A stretch of 64,000 nt of DNA from Haliotis rufescens (Eukaryota). Both the position numbers and the translations under genes were made by a program. The notes beneath the pieces are model-generated. The model did no database searches and was not told where the DNA came from. It saw only the letters and a program-made list of their open reading frames with translations. Positions 36,209 through 49,000 of this stretch are shown in pieces (within the stretch, counting starts at the first letter, position 1; every line of letters starts with the position of its first letter). The stretch lies in assembly GCF_023055435.1 (NCBI RefSeq), contig NW_025963868.1, forward strand, positions 1,922,001 through 1,986,000. Reading direction: 5' to 3'.

Positions 36209-37249
36209 TCGTATGTGTCGTGATACGGGGGTTGTAAAACAATGTATTGTATCACATTGGTTGGATGTTTAAGACTAAAGATAATAATATCAGTGTTTTA
36301 GTTTTACCACAATCAGAAATGTGCATCCAGTACACACAAATGTATAGAATGGATGCAGAATAAAATTATGTCGCGTCCTGAGGGACACATAATATTATTC
36401 ATTAAACCAAATTATTGACAAGAAATATTAAGTTAAAGTGATTAAAGTAATTATTAAATCTTACAATGAATATGGTTTTTTCGCCACTTTTAGCAATATT
36501 CCAGCAATATCACGGCGGGGGACACCAGAAATGGGCTTCACACATTGTACATGTGTCAGGAATCAAACCCGGGTCTTCGGCGTGACGAGCGTGACGAGCC
36601 ACTAGGCTACCCGGACGCCCTAAATCTTACAGCACAATACACTATACCATGTTTGTTTGTAAACTCTGAAAGTAGTACGTACGTGATTATATGCATATAC
36701 ATGTACATGGCAAATAAATTTTATAATTATCAGTAAATCACCCCAAAGGATAGTTTTTATCCAACAGCAGGGATTTATCAAAACCTAATTAGAGGTTGAT
36801 ATTTGGATCTTAACATGGAGGATAAATACACAAATAGAAATAACTTTTCACATTTTAGAATATTTTCCAGAGTTCCCAATGGCTTTTGAAACTGCCAGTC
36901 CATTAGGACTCTAAAACTCTAAAAATTACCAGTCCCCCTGAATTTCTGTCAGTCCCAACTTTCAACAAATAAAAAAAGTATGAAATTTACCTGATTTTAA
37001 TCCTGTCAACATCATGTTCAATGCAATGATGTCATCTCTGGAGTAACTTAGTCAGATTTACACATCATTCAGACTTTCACAAAAAGTACAGCTACAATTG
37101 TCTCTTTTTTTTAAATATTTGGAGACTAAGTCGCTTCAAATATATATTCATCCTTGAAGCAAAGCGAAATGTTATATCCTGGAACTAAAAATAGACAAGG
37201 GGAAACCGTGATGGTAACAGACAAGCTAACTTTGTTTTGGAAAATACAC

Positions 37250-37790
37250 AAGATTTCTCTTCAATTGCCTCCAATAAATAACAAGGCTGAAGCCAGTTCA
37301 CTCTGCGCAGCTCTTGTGTTGTCTGCTTCACTGTGCAGAGCTCTATTGTTTTGGTTTGAGAATTGAATCGGACATGTGAAGTCACACTTGTAAATTTTTT
37401 TCATGCATTATTTAAAAACACAGAACCGTCAAGTGAGTGTCTCAAGCATATGACAGTAAAAATTCCCTAATTGGAATTAAATACTTGCCATGGCATACTG
37501 TTATATCTATAACTAATGCTGTGGCTATTTTCAGGCAACTTGTATTTCACTTATGACAGGACCAATATAGAGGAAAGGTCCTAAAGGAGACGGGACATTG
37601 ACGGTTCTGTGTGATTTTAAATCATGTATTAAATAATTTCCGAGTGTGACATCACACCTTTAGTTCATGCCTGATTTAATTCTAAAACCAAAACAATAGA
37701 GCTCCGCACATCGAAGCCAACAACCTAAGCACTGTGCAGAATATCTCGCTTTGGTCATGTTTTTATTAGATGCAAACTGAAGAGAAAGTC
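37250..37790. repeat. Degenerate inverted repeat / old foldback element
   Basis: GAGCTCTATTGTTTTGGTTT...CACAGAACCGTCAA versus TTGACGGTTCTGTG...AAACCAAAACAATAGAGCTC. Confidence 0.7.
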
Positions 37791-37984
37791 GTAATTTTTA
37801 TTATATGGAAGAGTGACAAAATACTAATTGCAAGCTCTATTGGATAAGAAGCCAGTGTTTATCAATGCCAAGATTACAACATAAATGCCTCGGCCATATG
37901 AAGCCATGGAATCACTCAACTACCCTGAGTTCAGTGTCTGAAACTCAGGAGCGTAAACTGATGGCTGAATGGCCAGCACATTTC

Positions 37985-38625
37985 AAAACCTGTCGGCCCA
38001 GTGTAAAACCTGTCAGCCCAATGTAAAACCTGTCGGCCCAGTGAAAAAACTGTAGGCCCAGTGTAAAACCTGTCAGCCCAGTGTAAAACCTGTCAGCCCA
38101 GTGTAAAACCTGTCGGCCCAGTGTAAAAACTGTAGGCCCCGTGTTAAAACTAGGCCCAGTCTAAAAACTAGGCACAGTGTAAAAACTATAGGCCCAGTGT
38201 AAAATCTAGGCCCAATGTAAAATCTGTAGGCCCAGTCTCAAACCTGTAGGCCCAGTGTAAAACCTGTCAGCCCAGTGTAAAACCTGTCAGCCCAGTGTAA
38301 AAACTGTAGGCCCGGTGTTAAAACTAGGCCCAGTCTAAAAACTAGGCCCAGTGTAAAAACTATAGGCCCAGTGTAAAATCTAGGCCCAGTGTAAAAACTG
38401 TAGGCCCAATGTAAAACCTGTAGGCCCAGTCTCAAACCTGTAGGCCCAGTGTAAAAACTATAGGCCCAGTGTAAAAACTATAGGCCCAGTGTAAAAACTA
38501 TAGGCCCAGTGTAAAAACAATAGGCCCAGTGTAAAAACTAGGCCCAGTGTAAAAACTAGGCCCAGTGTAAAAAGTGTAGGCCCAGTGTAAAACTTGTAGG
38601 CCCAGTGTAAAAACTGTAGGCCCAA
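37985..38625. repeat. Minisatellite, 18-21 bp unit (AAAACTGTAGGCCCAGTGT)
   Basis: About 32 units. Confidence 0.95.
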
Positions 38626-38642
38626 ACATTTTAGCTGAAGCT

Positions 38643-39155
38643 CAATCTCATTAAAATCAGATCTTAGTTCTCACTACCGCTAAACAAGGATCTGAGGACA
38701 TCCCATTACGGGTCACGTCAGACCGAACTTTTGCGAACTTTGACCGACCAATGGGATAACTAACAAGAAGTCGGCAATAGCCAATCAGAAGGCAGCTTAA
38801 TCGAGCTTTACGGCATGAGTTTCAAACTGGCAACTACGCTTTGAAAAATATTTTGACATATACTCTATTAAAAAATTTAATACTGAACAAAAGAACATTC
38901 TGGAATGGCTAATAGATGGTCAAGATTTTATGAATACAGACATAAAGTCCATAACTGTCGTTCGGAATACCCTGTGTGTGTTATTTTTTCGAGGTTGCAC
39001 GATAAAACATCACATTCCAACTGTCACTTTCATGATCTGCTAAGCGATGATCTGATTGGTCAGATGAAAGGTCGTTCTGACATGACCCGCAGTGGGATGT
39101 CCTCAGATCTTTGTTAAGAGGTAGTGAAATCTAAGATCTGATTTTAATGAGATTA
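38643..39155. mobile_element. Mutator-like MITE (CAATCTCATTAAAATCAGATC TIR), 9-bp TSD
   Basis: Perfect TSD GCTGAAGCT. Relatives at about 18050-18222, 49607-50087 and 55951-56044. Confidence 0.85.
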
Positions 39156-40317
39156 GCTGAAGCTGGGTGACATGCTCTTGCAATATAAATTACAACACAC
39201 ACGTCAGAAGCTTTTACTGCTCTCATATCGAGGTTCCAGAGACTCTGTGGTGATAGTGGAAGCCTACATTTATAAATGAAATTATCTGCTTGTAAAACAC
39301 CTGGCAACTCCATGTCATACACCATTTTATAGGTCTAATCCTACTGTATCCAAATATGAAAGTTATAGTTATCACATTTTTTAAATAATGCCTTAATAAC
39401 TTAATTAAGTGCATTTGTAATAAAAATTAAGCTTACACATTCATAACAACTAGATTAAGCACTAAGGCAGTGAAAATTATGGCGAAAATTTAAGATTTCA
39501 TATTTTTTTTATTTTCATTGTTAAAGTAATTGGAAATTGATGATAAAGAGAATTTTAAGTATGATCTATCATCACATATTTCCTGATAATAGTGGCTTTC
39601 CGCTCTGTGACATGAGAAAATACTGAGAAATACCTCCATTTTCAAAGCTTTGAATAAAATACATGTGCAAAGATTTGTTCGATGTTTGGTATCGTTAGAA
39701 AGCTCCGAGCATCAACAATATTCCCAAAACCTTGCCAGGAATTTTTTCGTAGTTGTAACATGCGAATTTGTTTGATAGAAATTGGTTTCTAAAGGCACTT
39801 TTGTCATAATCTAATATCAAAATCAAGCACATGACCAAAGGCAGCCAATCAAATTATAGTAATGGATACCGTCCTCGAGTATGATGTATTTCAGATTTAG
39901 ATGAAGGTCCTTGGTTAAATCGTATTATTTTGAACGCTATAAGCAGGAAATTGTGAACTATGTTTAAAATATGGAACTTCATGGACATATCATTGATCTT
40001 ATTTATTACTTTATTTAATTTATAACCAATTTGCTTGAAACGTCTTTATATTGCTTTTAGACATGTCCGATTTGGACCCGTTGTCGAACCTTGTCCCATA
40101 TGATTTTTTTTCAATAACATTGCAAAAAACGTTTAATAAATTTAAATCTATTGATAAAATATGACAAATTGAAATGAAATACATTATTGATAGATTTAAT
40201 AAATGAATGATATATCATTTAGGTTCATAAAACTAGATATTATTTTCATGTGGCTACAGCGTGGCTGGTGGTACACTGGCCTACCGTGTTGAAAAAGTTA
40301 ACGACAGGAGTACTTTG

Positions 40318-40595
40318 AGTGAGTGAGTGAGTTGGGTTTAATGCTGCTTTTAACAGTATTACAGTTATATCGCGGCGTGTCAGACCTATGTGGGAGGAAA
40401 GCCCGAAGTGATGCAGGTCTCAGACGTTTACCACTTCGGTGAAACCCACGAGCACGGGTATGGTGCTCAAAAACCTAGAAACAATCGGGGCAAACCGGTA
40501 TTCAAACCCACAATCATAGGTTTCTGGCATGCCCAAGGGACGCAACTCTGTACAGTGAATCGCGGCGCCTCAGACAACTGGGCCACCCGTGCCCC
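40318..40595 (-). mobile_element. SINE family 4 (tRNA head, (CACT)n tail) with TSD
   Basis: TSD CAGGAGTACTTTGA on both sides. Copies at 51462-51718 and 54960-55170. Confidence 0.85.
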
Positions 40596-40772
40596 CAGGA
40601 GTACTTTGAAGCTGGGCCCTGTTTCACTAAGTAGTCTCAGTGTTATGATTCATTTTCCATGCTTACAGCTTAAAATAAACTGCAGGCTGTAAGGGCCTGC
40701 TGAAATTTATAACTATCAACCCGGGATCAAATCTGTCCGCCCCGGCTTATGGGCCAATGTCTATTTCGAACA

Positions 40773-41029
40773 CTGTTTGTTGTTTAACCCTGCACTCAGC
40801 AATATTCCAGCTATATGACGGTGGTCTGTAAATAATCGAGTCTGGACCAGACAAACCAGTGATTGACATCATGAGCATCGATCCACGCAATTGGGATCGA
40901 TGACATGCATCAACCAAGTCAGCGAGCCTGACCACCCGATCCCGTTAGTCGCCTTTTACAACAAGCATAGTCGCCTTTTACGGCAAGCATGTGTTGCTGA
41001 AGACCTATTCTACCACGGATCTTCACGTG
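40773..41029 (-). mobile_element. SINE family 3 copy with TSD
   Basis: ATTTCGAACACTG on both sides. Confidence 0.85.
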
Positions 41030-42099
41030 TCATTTCGAACACTGATAATCATGGACAACAATATGTAAAGTGCACTGAAAGGTGTGTATTGTTCTTATTT
41101 CAGAATATGTGTATTTGTTAACAAACAAGAGGAAAGTCTGGTCACGTGATAAGCCTACACATGCTGTGTGGTCACTGGAGCAGAAGCTTTTCACACGGAA
41201 TAAGGCGAGCAAAGTAGAGCAGGCTTGGCGGTTATCGGTTATTGTTTGCCAACAATGCTTCAGAACAGTCGATGTCTGGCCTTTTATTGATTGGATGATT
41301 GGCCAAATAAATTTGGGTATTCAGAAAAGGATACAGGTTATATCTATCTCAATGGAAAGGACGGGAGCAAACTTTCAAAACCACAACTGCTTACTATCTA
41401 GCTGTCTGAAGTGACATTCAACAAATGTTGATAATCAACAAAGATCAAAATTATTTTCTTAGTTGGCACACCATAATTGGTTGGTTGGTTTGTTGTTTTA
41501 CGCCGCACTCAGCAATTTTCCAGCTATATGATGGCAATCTGTAAATAATCGAGTCTGGACCAGACAATCCAGTGATTGATATCATGAGCATCAATCCACG
41601 CAATTGGGATCAATGACATGCATCAACCAAGTCAGCGAGCCTGACCACCTGATCTCTTTAGTCGCCTTTTACGTCAAGCATAGTCACATTTTACGGCAAG
41701 CACGGGTTGCTGGAGACCTATTCTACCCCGGAATCTTCAGGGGAGCCATAATTCCAAAGGTCATACCTACATAATCTTTATGACTGCACTGTGGCACACT
41801 TGACAAATAAATACAATTCTTTCAATGCATGTTCAACAAAAATAATATAAAAAGAATTGTCAAACTTAACGTTAATATAAAGCGGATAAATCTTACCTAA
41901 ACATATATTTTCTGAAAAGTCGATGAGAGTAATTTGTCTTTATAGTTTACCCAGAAACTACAATGATGTTTCAAAACAACATAAAAAAAATTCAAAATCA
42001 CTAGTCTAAATAATGTCACTTTTGTCCTTAAAACTCAATGAAACCAACAAAGCCAAACTCAGTAATGTCACACTGACATCTCGTCTGACTGCGACAATC

Positions 42100-42870
42100 A
42101 CAGTACTCAGGTCATGGCACGTGATCACGTGGCGCAGCGACTTGGCAATAAATAGGTCAGGGTAGCTTCAAAATACTCCAAACTTAAGGTCGAACCTAAA
42201 AACATGACATTTCCTAATTCAGAAACATTAAAAATTTGCACACCTGCCAGTCAATAATTTGCATGGGTTGTTTGTAACAATCTGTCGCCGCGTGAAGTTG
42301 GACCTACTTTCCGGGGCAACACAAATCATTTGTTGTGATGTTCGTGCAGCACCCGACTAGCAGAAAGTAGCGTCTAACTAACGATCGCTCTTCTGACCGA
42401 TGAATACATTTTAATATCTATATTTCAGAGCGTAAAATCAACTTAAATACCTGATTCAAACTGCTTGCTACTTCGTTGTTATTCACAAACATCATCTGTT
42501 TCCACATGCATGTCATGCCCGCACCTTGCAGCCTTGTCCGAGTGTACGCGCTGCCTTCCAAGGGAGGCAACTCCAACTTGTTAATGTCCGTAAATAGAAC
42601 GATGTCTCGTGTTTTGAGTTGAAATGCCGGCAAAAAAAAGGTGTCAGTCTGCACGTGGTCACGTATAGGTGTGTGTGGTGTCTTCAAGTAATAAACTCAC
42701 CGTGTCACTTGATAAAAAGCTTATATGGAAGTTATACCGCTTCCAAATCCGTTGTGAGACGCTGTGGATGCGAGAATCTGTACAGAGCGCACGTGCAGCT
42801 GGTCGAGGTCACGTGTTGTAACTACTCTGTCGGGTCTCGTTTTAACACGATGATCTTCTTCATGTGAGAT
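42100..42870. promoter_or_regulatory. CpG-rich E-box cluster (five CACGTG), candidate promoter/enhancer
   Basis: CACGTG at 42118, 42126, 42652, 42790 and 42810. Minus-strand donor ACG|GTGAGT at 42695-42700. Confidence 0.5.
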
Positions 42871-43892
42871 GTTAGGAAATATTTAAATGAACATTTGATA
42901 GGATTATTGAGCGGCATTTAGAAATTAGATGTGAAGGTAATATAATAACAGCCTCATACAGAGGTGAACATGGTCTCTCTCCCTCTCTCTCTGTATTGGC
43001 TGCTTTTACTAGTCCGTACTGATGCCAATATTATAGTTTATCCCTTTATGCCGAGCGTCAGACCGTTTGTTTGTTTATTGTTTAACGCTGCACTCAGCAA
43101 TATTCCACCTATATGACGGCGGTCTGTAAATAAGCGAGTCTGGACCAGACAATCCAGTGGTTGATATCATGAGCATCGAACCACGCAATTGGGATCGATG
43201 ACATGCAGCAACCAAGTCAGCGAGCATAACCACCCGATCCCGTTAGTCGCCTCTTACGACAAGCACAGTCACCGTCAAACCGGGGTAACGACATCTAGAT
43301 GCCGTCTTGTATATGGATCGATATACTCGGCAATATTCCAGCTATTTGACGGCGGTCTGTAAATAATCATGTCTGAACCAAACAATACAGTGATTGACAT
43401 AACGAGCATCAATCAACTCAATTCCCCGGTGGGCTTACTATGTTTTCTATATATTTCTTATATTGTATATTGTATATAGTCATCATAGTAAATGTAAAAT
43501 ATTACGTTAATGTTACTGTATAGGATACGCATATATAAGTATATGCGATAAAAATATGGTTAAAGCGAGTTAAAGTTTGTTTATTCTGTTTATTTCAACA
43601 ATTTAAAGATATTATATTTTCGTACAAATACATCGCCGGTCCGTAATGAACAGTAGAATGATCACAGCAATATCCGGTTAAACAAAACAAATAAACAACA
43701 TTAGAGGTCGTCTGAGTTAGTGTCGGACCCGGACATCCAATCGCAAACAAACCAGTAGAGCCGCGACACCGAATAACGGTTAGGGACCGGGACATCGAAT
43801 AACGGTTAGGGACCGGGACATCGAATGGTTAGAATCACTGAAGCTAGTAAGACATTTTGACAGGAGACGAGTGCCTGTTGTTGGCTAAAATA

Positions 43893-44053
43893 CAGTAAAC
43901 TACGTATATAACGAACACGCTTATAACGAACTGTTTTGGGGTCTTGTCCATTTGCTGTTTATATGCTGTAGATATGCATATATCGAACTACGGTTATAAC
44001 GAACTAAAATTAGTGGTTCCTTTTAGTTAATTTCTTATTACCGTAGTTTACTG
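43893..44053. mobile_element. Tc1/mariner-type MITE, TA TSD
   Basis: ta|CAGTAAACTACG...CGTAGTTTACTG|ta. Confidence 0.85.
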
Positions 44054-45866
44054 TATGTGAGCAAAGAGCTCAAATTTTATTATTGTTTTCGATATCTTTT
44101 GAAAGTTTACACTGTCTTGGGGAGTTAACTGAGAAGCTGGCCCGTGAAGATCCGGGGTAGAAAAGGTCTTCAGCGACCCATGCTTGCCGTAAAAGGCAAC
44201 TAGGCTTGTAGTAAGAGGCGACTAACGGGATCGGGTGGTCAGGCTCGCTGACTTGGTTGATGCATGTCATCGTATCCTAATTGCGTGGATCGATGCTCAC
44301 GTTGTCAATCACTGGATTGTCGATTATTTACAGACCGCCGTCATATAGCTGGAATATTGCTGAGTGCAGCGTTAAACAACAAACAAACAAATAACTGGGA
44401 AGTTAATCATTGATGTAAATACATACTAATTGGGTATAATATAGTAAATCAAAATGTTTTGCCGAGGAGATGCAGAGCCGTAATTGCTGCCCGGGGCGGT
44501 CACACGATAAACTGAGTTCAGCGCAACCTCGTGGCCTTATGTGACATGACAATAAACAGTTTTCAATGTCTTTGTACAACGATAACATGTGACTACCGAG
44601 GTTAAAAATTTCATATTTGTATCTATGATATTAAATTAAATATATCGACTTTATTAGGTACAATAAACATACTAAAAGTCTACCAGTGCGTTTCTTATTT
44701 TAACAGTGTACATAATAGTTGGGTATCAGAGTAAAGCACAAAGTTTTGTTTGTAAACTTTAATCTGCTCCAACTGAAGTGCCTTACTGGGATTATTGTTA
44801 GCATTATCAATGTGTGAGTTAACTGGGAAGTAAATCTTACAAGTAAAGTACTGAGTTTTGGTGGCTTGCTAGACAACAGCTTACTGTAGTCGTAGGCTCG
44901 AATGCAAGCTTCACCCTTGTCGCCCTTCTTGGTTTGATAGCAACGCTATGTTTACAGTTAACAACGATAAATAAATAAATCTGACTACCTAAACCTTTTT
45001 CTGCAAAACCACCTGTGGAATAATGTTATCCACAGAACATGATAACGATGTTTATTACTTGCCCGTGAAGAGATCACCCGTTTAATAAACATACAGTTGT
45101 ATTACACATTGTGTAATACCAAAACGCGTGCTTATGTACTCTCGGAACAAGTTTCACGAACAAATATTGAAAGCTCTTTACATCCCTCGGCTTACATGTA
45201 TTCAACGACATTGCGTGGGGAGATGATATATCACTGAGAGGAGCTTATGCACACTCGATGACCCCAAGCAACCTTGTTGCTTGGCTGACGTCACATGGCA
45301 TTGTTTCGCTGATGGATCTTGCAACAAAATTCCACAAATTACGTCATCGGGTATTGTGACGTGATTGTAAACTTTGTGGTGCAGGGCCACGTTCCACAAG
45401 GCGATGGTACTGTAGAGCAACGACTGTCGTACGTCTATATGTTCAAGTATGTGAGCTGCGATAATTTTGTGGAAAGTACGCCTGAATTCTAAAGGTGGAC
45501 CGTTGTATGGTATTAAATTCATACGTTTCAACTTTTGACGTGTTTGAAGTATTATTCTGTTGAATTCAATTGGATTATGTCGTGGATCGTGTAGGTGTCA
45601 GCCTATTCACACTCAACAGTACAATTCTAAAAACATTATAAATGGCAAGTAATAAATAAAATACTAAACTCGCTCCCGTGTAAAAACAATTTTACTTTCG
45701 CTCGTCAGATACCAGAACTATTCACTCGTTTCATAAAACGTGGTATCACGTTTAGTATTCGATATTATCAGTAACAAAAGACGACATAAAGACAAATGTT
45801 TTCCATCTTTTGAAGTTGCTATCTGTTTTCTCGATATGTACCTAATATCATGTATATATCTGAAAC

Positions 45867-46050
45867 ACTCACCAGACTCCAGAGTGACGTCAAACCCAAC
45901 TCGTTCACTCGGTCGCTAAAAATATCAAATAGTTTCTTTTCGTTTTAGTTTAGTATACCGGCGATATTCAGATTCTGATATTCCTACATTTTGATGTTAC
46001 CCACTAGGTGGCTCCCGTGTCGCTGACTTCCGGTCGTGTTCCTCCTCAAG
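45867..46050. promoter_or_regulatory. MRPL41 promoter, probably bidirectional
   Basis: ETS ACTTCCGG at 46026-46033, CRE TGACGTCA at 45885-45892, minus-strand donor TG|GTGAGT at 45867-45872. Confidence 0.55.
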
Positions 46051-49000
46051 ATGAATGTCTGTGAATCCAGTGTCAGATCAGTCGTTTTGGCCCACTCGCG
46101 GCGCTACTTTGGCTCCTCTTCTTGTCGTCAAGGGAAGAAGACGCGAGTTCCGTTTGACAGACGTTTCCCAGTCACTGCTAAGCACGTGAACCGCCATGTC
46201 AAGGGCGGGAGTGTGGAGATGGAGGAGGTCGTCGCAAAACACGGTATACAAATTGAGAGATCCTGCAATCACGCATCTACTATTTGACATCTATTGGCCG
46301 CTAATACATATAGGCAGGGTTCACTCTAGGAATTTTCCATTGTATTTGAAAATGTGGGCCTTTTTCAGTAAATATTGTTTCACACCGCAGCCAAAAACAT
46401 GAGAAATAATTCAGTCTTGATCAGGCAGACCAGTGACCTGGAAGTACCATCCACAAAGTCATTATATGTACCGTTGAATAGAGCCATACCTTTGGAAGTG
46501 TATGTTGTGAGACTTATTGGTCAGAAGACCTGAAAGCAGTTACATCGAATGCATTGGCTGCTTTGTCTAAAAGTAGTAACAGTGTTCCAGGCCATAAAAT
46601 CACGTGAGCTCTGTAGGTAACATATATGTACAAAAATGGACAAATGGCAGTCCCAGTTTGACAGGGTTTACACGATGCACAAGTGTAAAGAATGAACGCT
46701 GAGAAAAAATAAACTGTGTCCCGAAAGGACGCACAATAATATTGATTGTACCTTTATTCATGAACACTGTCAACGTGATCATTTATTCATCCCAGACTCT
46801 AGAGTAATTATCAAAATGTACAGTACACTACACCATTTCAGTAATTTACAGGACCTCCATATCACCTGCAAGGACCCTTAAAATTAATTATTGGGGGTCC
46901 CCTGGACCCCTACTTCTATAAGTCAAGGTAAAACCCTGACAGTTCAAGATTTAGGGGCTATAAGCACAAGGCCCTACCCTAGAATTACCCTGTATCCCTG
47001 TATTTAAGTGTAATGAATCATTCCCGCGTTATCATTTTGTAGTTACAATCACATGCTGGATTGCAGTAAACAGTGAGAGCATTAAAGATGCTACATTGCG
47101 TAAGAATATATCTGATATATAATCCAGATAAGCCTTGTTATGTGTACCAATATTATTAAGTTAAAGTATTGGAAAGACTGCCATCCGTATCTGCCCTCCA
47201 AAAGTAAACAGGCCCCCAGACACCCCCTAGACTTTTCCTCTTTTTGGGAGAACACCTGCTCACAGCCCTGATATATATTTTTGAGGGGGGATACTGGGTG
47301 AAGTCTAACCAAAGTATTTTTTTCTAACGTTTTATCACACACAACAATATCCTTGACTAGCAGAGTGACTCATTTATTTGGCACAACATTAATTAAGTTT
47401 GAGAAGCTTCACAATATTATTGATTAAACCTTATTCCTTTGGACAATAAGTAAACTCAGTAGTGATCTACATTTTGTTTTTACCAGACACCATTTAATGC
47501 AATCAGTTTTGTTGAATGTTAAATTAAAATTCATTCACAACTTTAGTAATTATATTTGTGGGAACAATCCTCATGGAATCACTTTACTGATAAAGATACA
47601 CACTGAGAATAAGATATTTCATCAGATATATATATTTGAATAAGAATACTATTGCAAAAATAGTTGTGCAAAACAAATCTATTGTTCATGAACTAATGCT
47701 CTGTTGTGGGCAATTTGTGGTAATTATTTATAGAAACTTCTAAACATCACTCTCACAGTTCAATCACTGAGCTTGTATGTAGAAACTATGTTTCAGTGTG
47801 AGAAGTGTAGACGGACTATGACACTTGTGACCTTGTTTCCAAAGCATTGTCTCAGGTTTGGCCAAGTTTTCAAAATTGTGTCAACTTGTGCTAAAAGAAG
47901 CTGTTTGTTTCATAAAATGCGTCTGTGATGGAACATTAACGTTGAGTTTAGGTTTGTTTGAAATTCAGTCAGAAAATGCTTCACTGTTTTTTTAGTCAAT
48001 ATTTGACCAATCAGATAGTTAGTGTGCTATTAAAAACTTGAACTGGTCAGGGTTTTACCTTGACTTACAGAAGTAGGGGTCCAGGGGACCCCCAATAATT
48101 AATTTTAAGGGTCCTTGCAGGTGATATGGAGGTCCTGTAAATTACTGAAATGGTGTAGTGTACTCTACATTTTGATAATTTAATGATCATGTTGACAGTG
48201 GTCATGAATGAAAGGTACAATTAATATTATTGTGCATCCTTTTCGGACACAGTTTATTTTTTATCAGCGTTCTTTCTTTACACTTGTGCATCGTGTAAAC
48301 CCTGTCAACCTGGGACTGCCATTTGTCCATTTTGTACATATATGTTACCTATAGCACATGATTTTATGGCCTGGAACACTGTTACTACTTTTAGACAAAG
48401 CAGCCAAGGCATTAAACATAACTGCTTTCATGTCTTCTGACCAACAAGTCTCACAGCATAACCACACTTCCAAAAGTATGGCTCTATTCAAAGATACATG
48501 TAATGACTTTGTGGATGATACTTTTAAGTCACTGGTCTGCCTGATCAAGACTGAATTATTTCTCATGTTTTTGGCTGCGGTGTGAAACAATATTTACTGT
48601 ATCACTGTTGGTTAGCAGCTTTATGCCAGGGTTTGACAAATACGCCGGCCAACTAGACAAATGCTAGTGAAACTTGATCTGGGCCAGTTATTTTATATAT
48701 ATACTGGACCAGCTGGCTATTGAAATCATATGGTGTACCAGTCGCTTTAAGTCAGGTTAAAACTCACTCTATCTTTTATTCAGTCAACAAAAGCCGTACA
48801 TCAACTTGTCTCTCCCAACTTCCAATCTTAGTTACCTCCCTTACCGAGACCATAACACGATGTATAAAAGATCTGTAAACTGGCCATTTATGTCCGTGTG
48901 GCATGCACATGCTATGATAACAACTCTACATAGGAAAGTGAGAGACAAGTTTTTAATAACCAATAAATTCCATCGTAACAAACAGGAAGTGATTAATGTG

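Noticed and set aside
45202-45531. 109-aa minus-strand ORF near the promoter
   Set aside because: Non-ATG start, no motif and no supporting splice structure.
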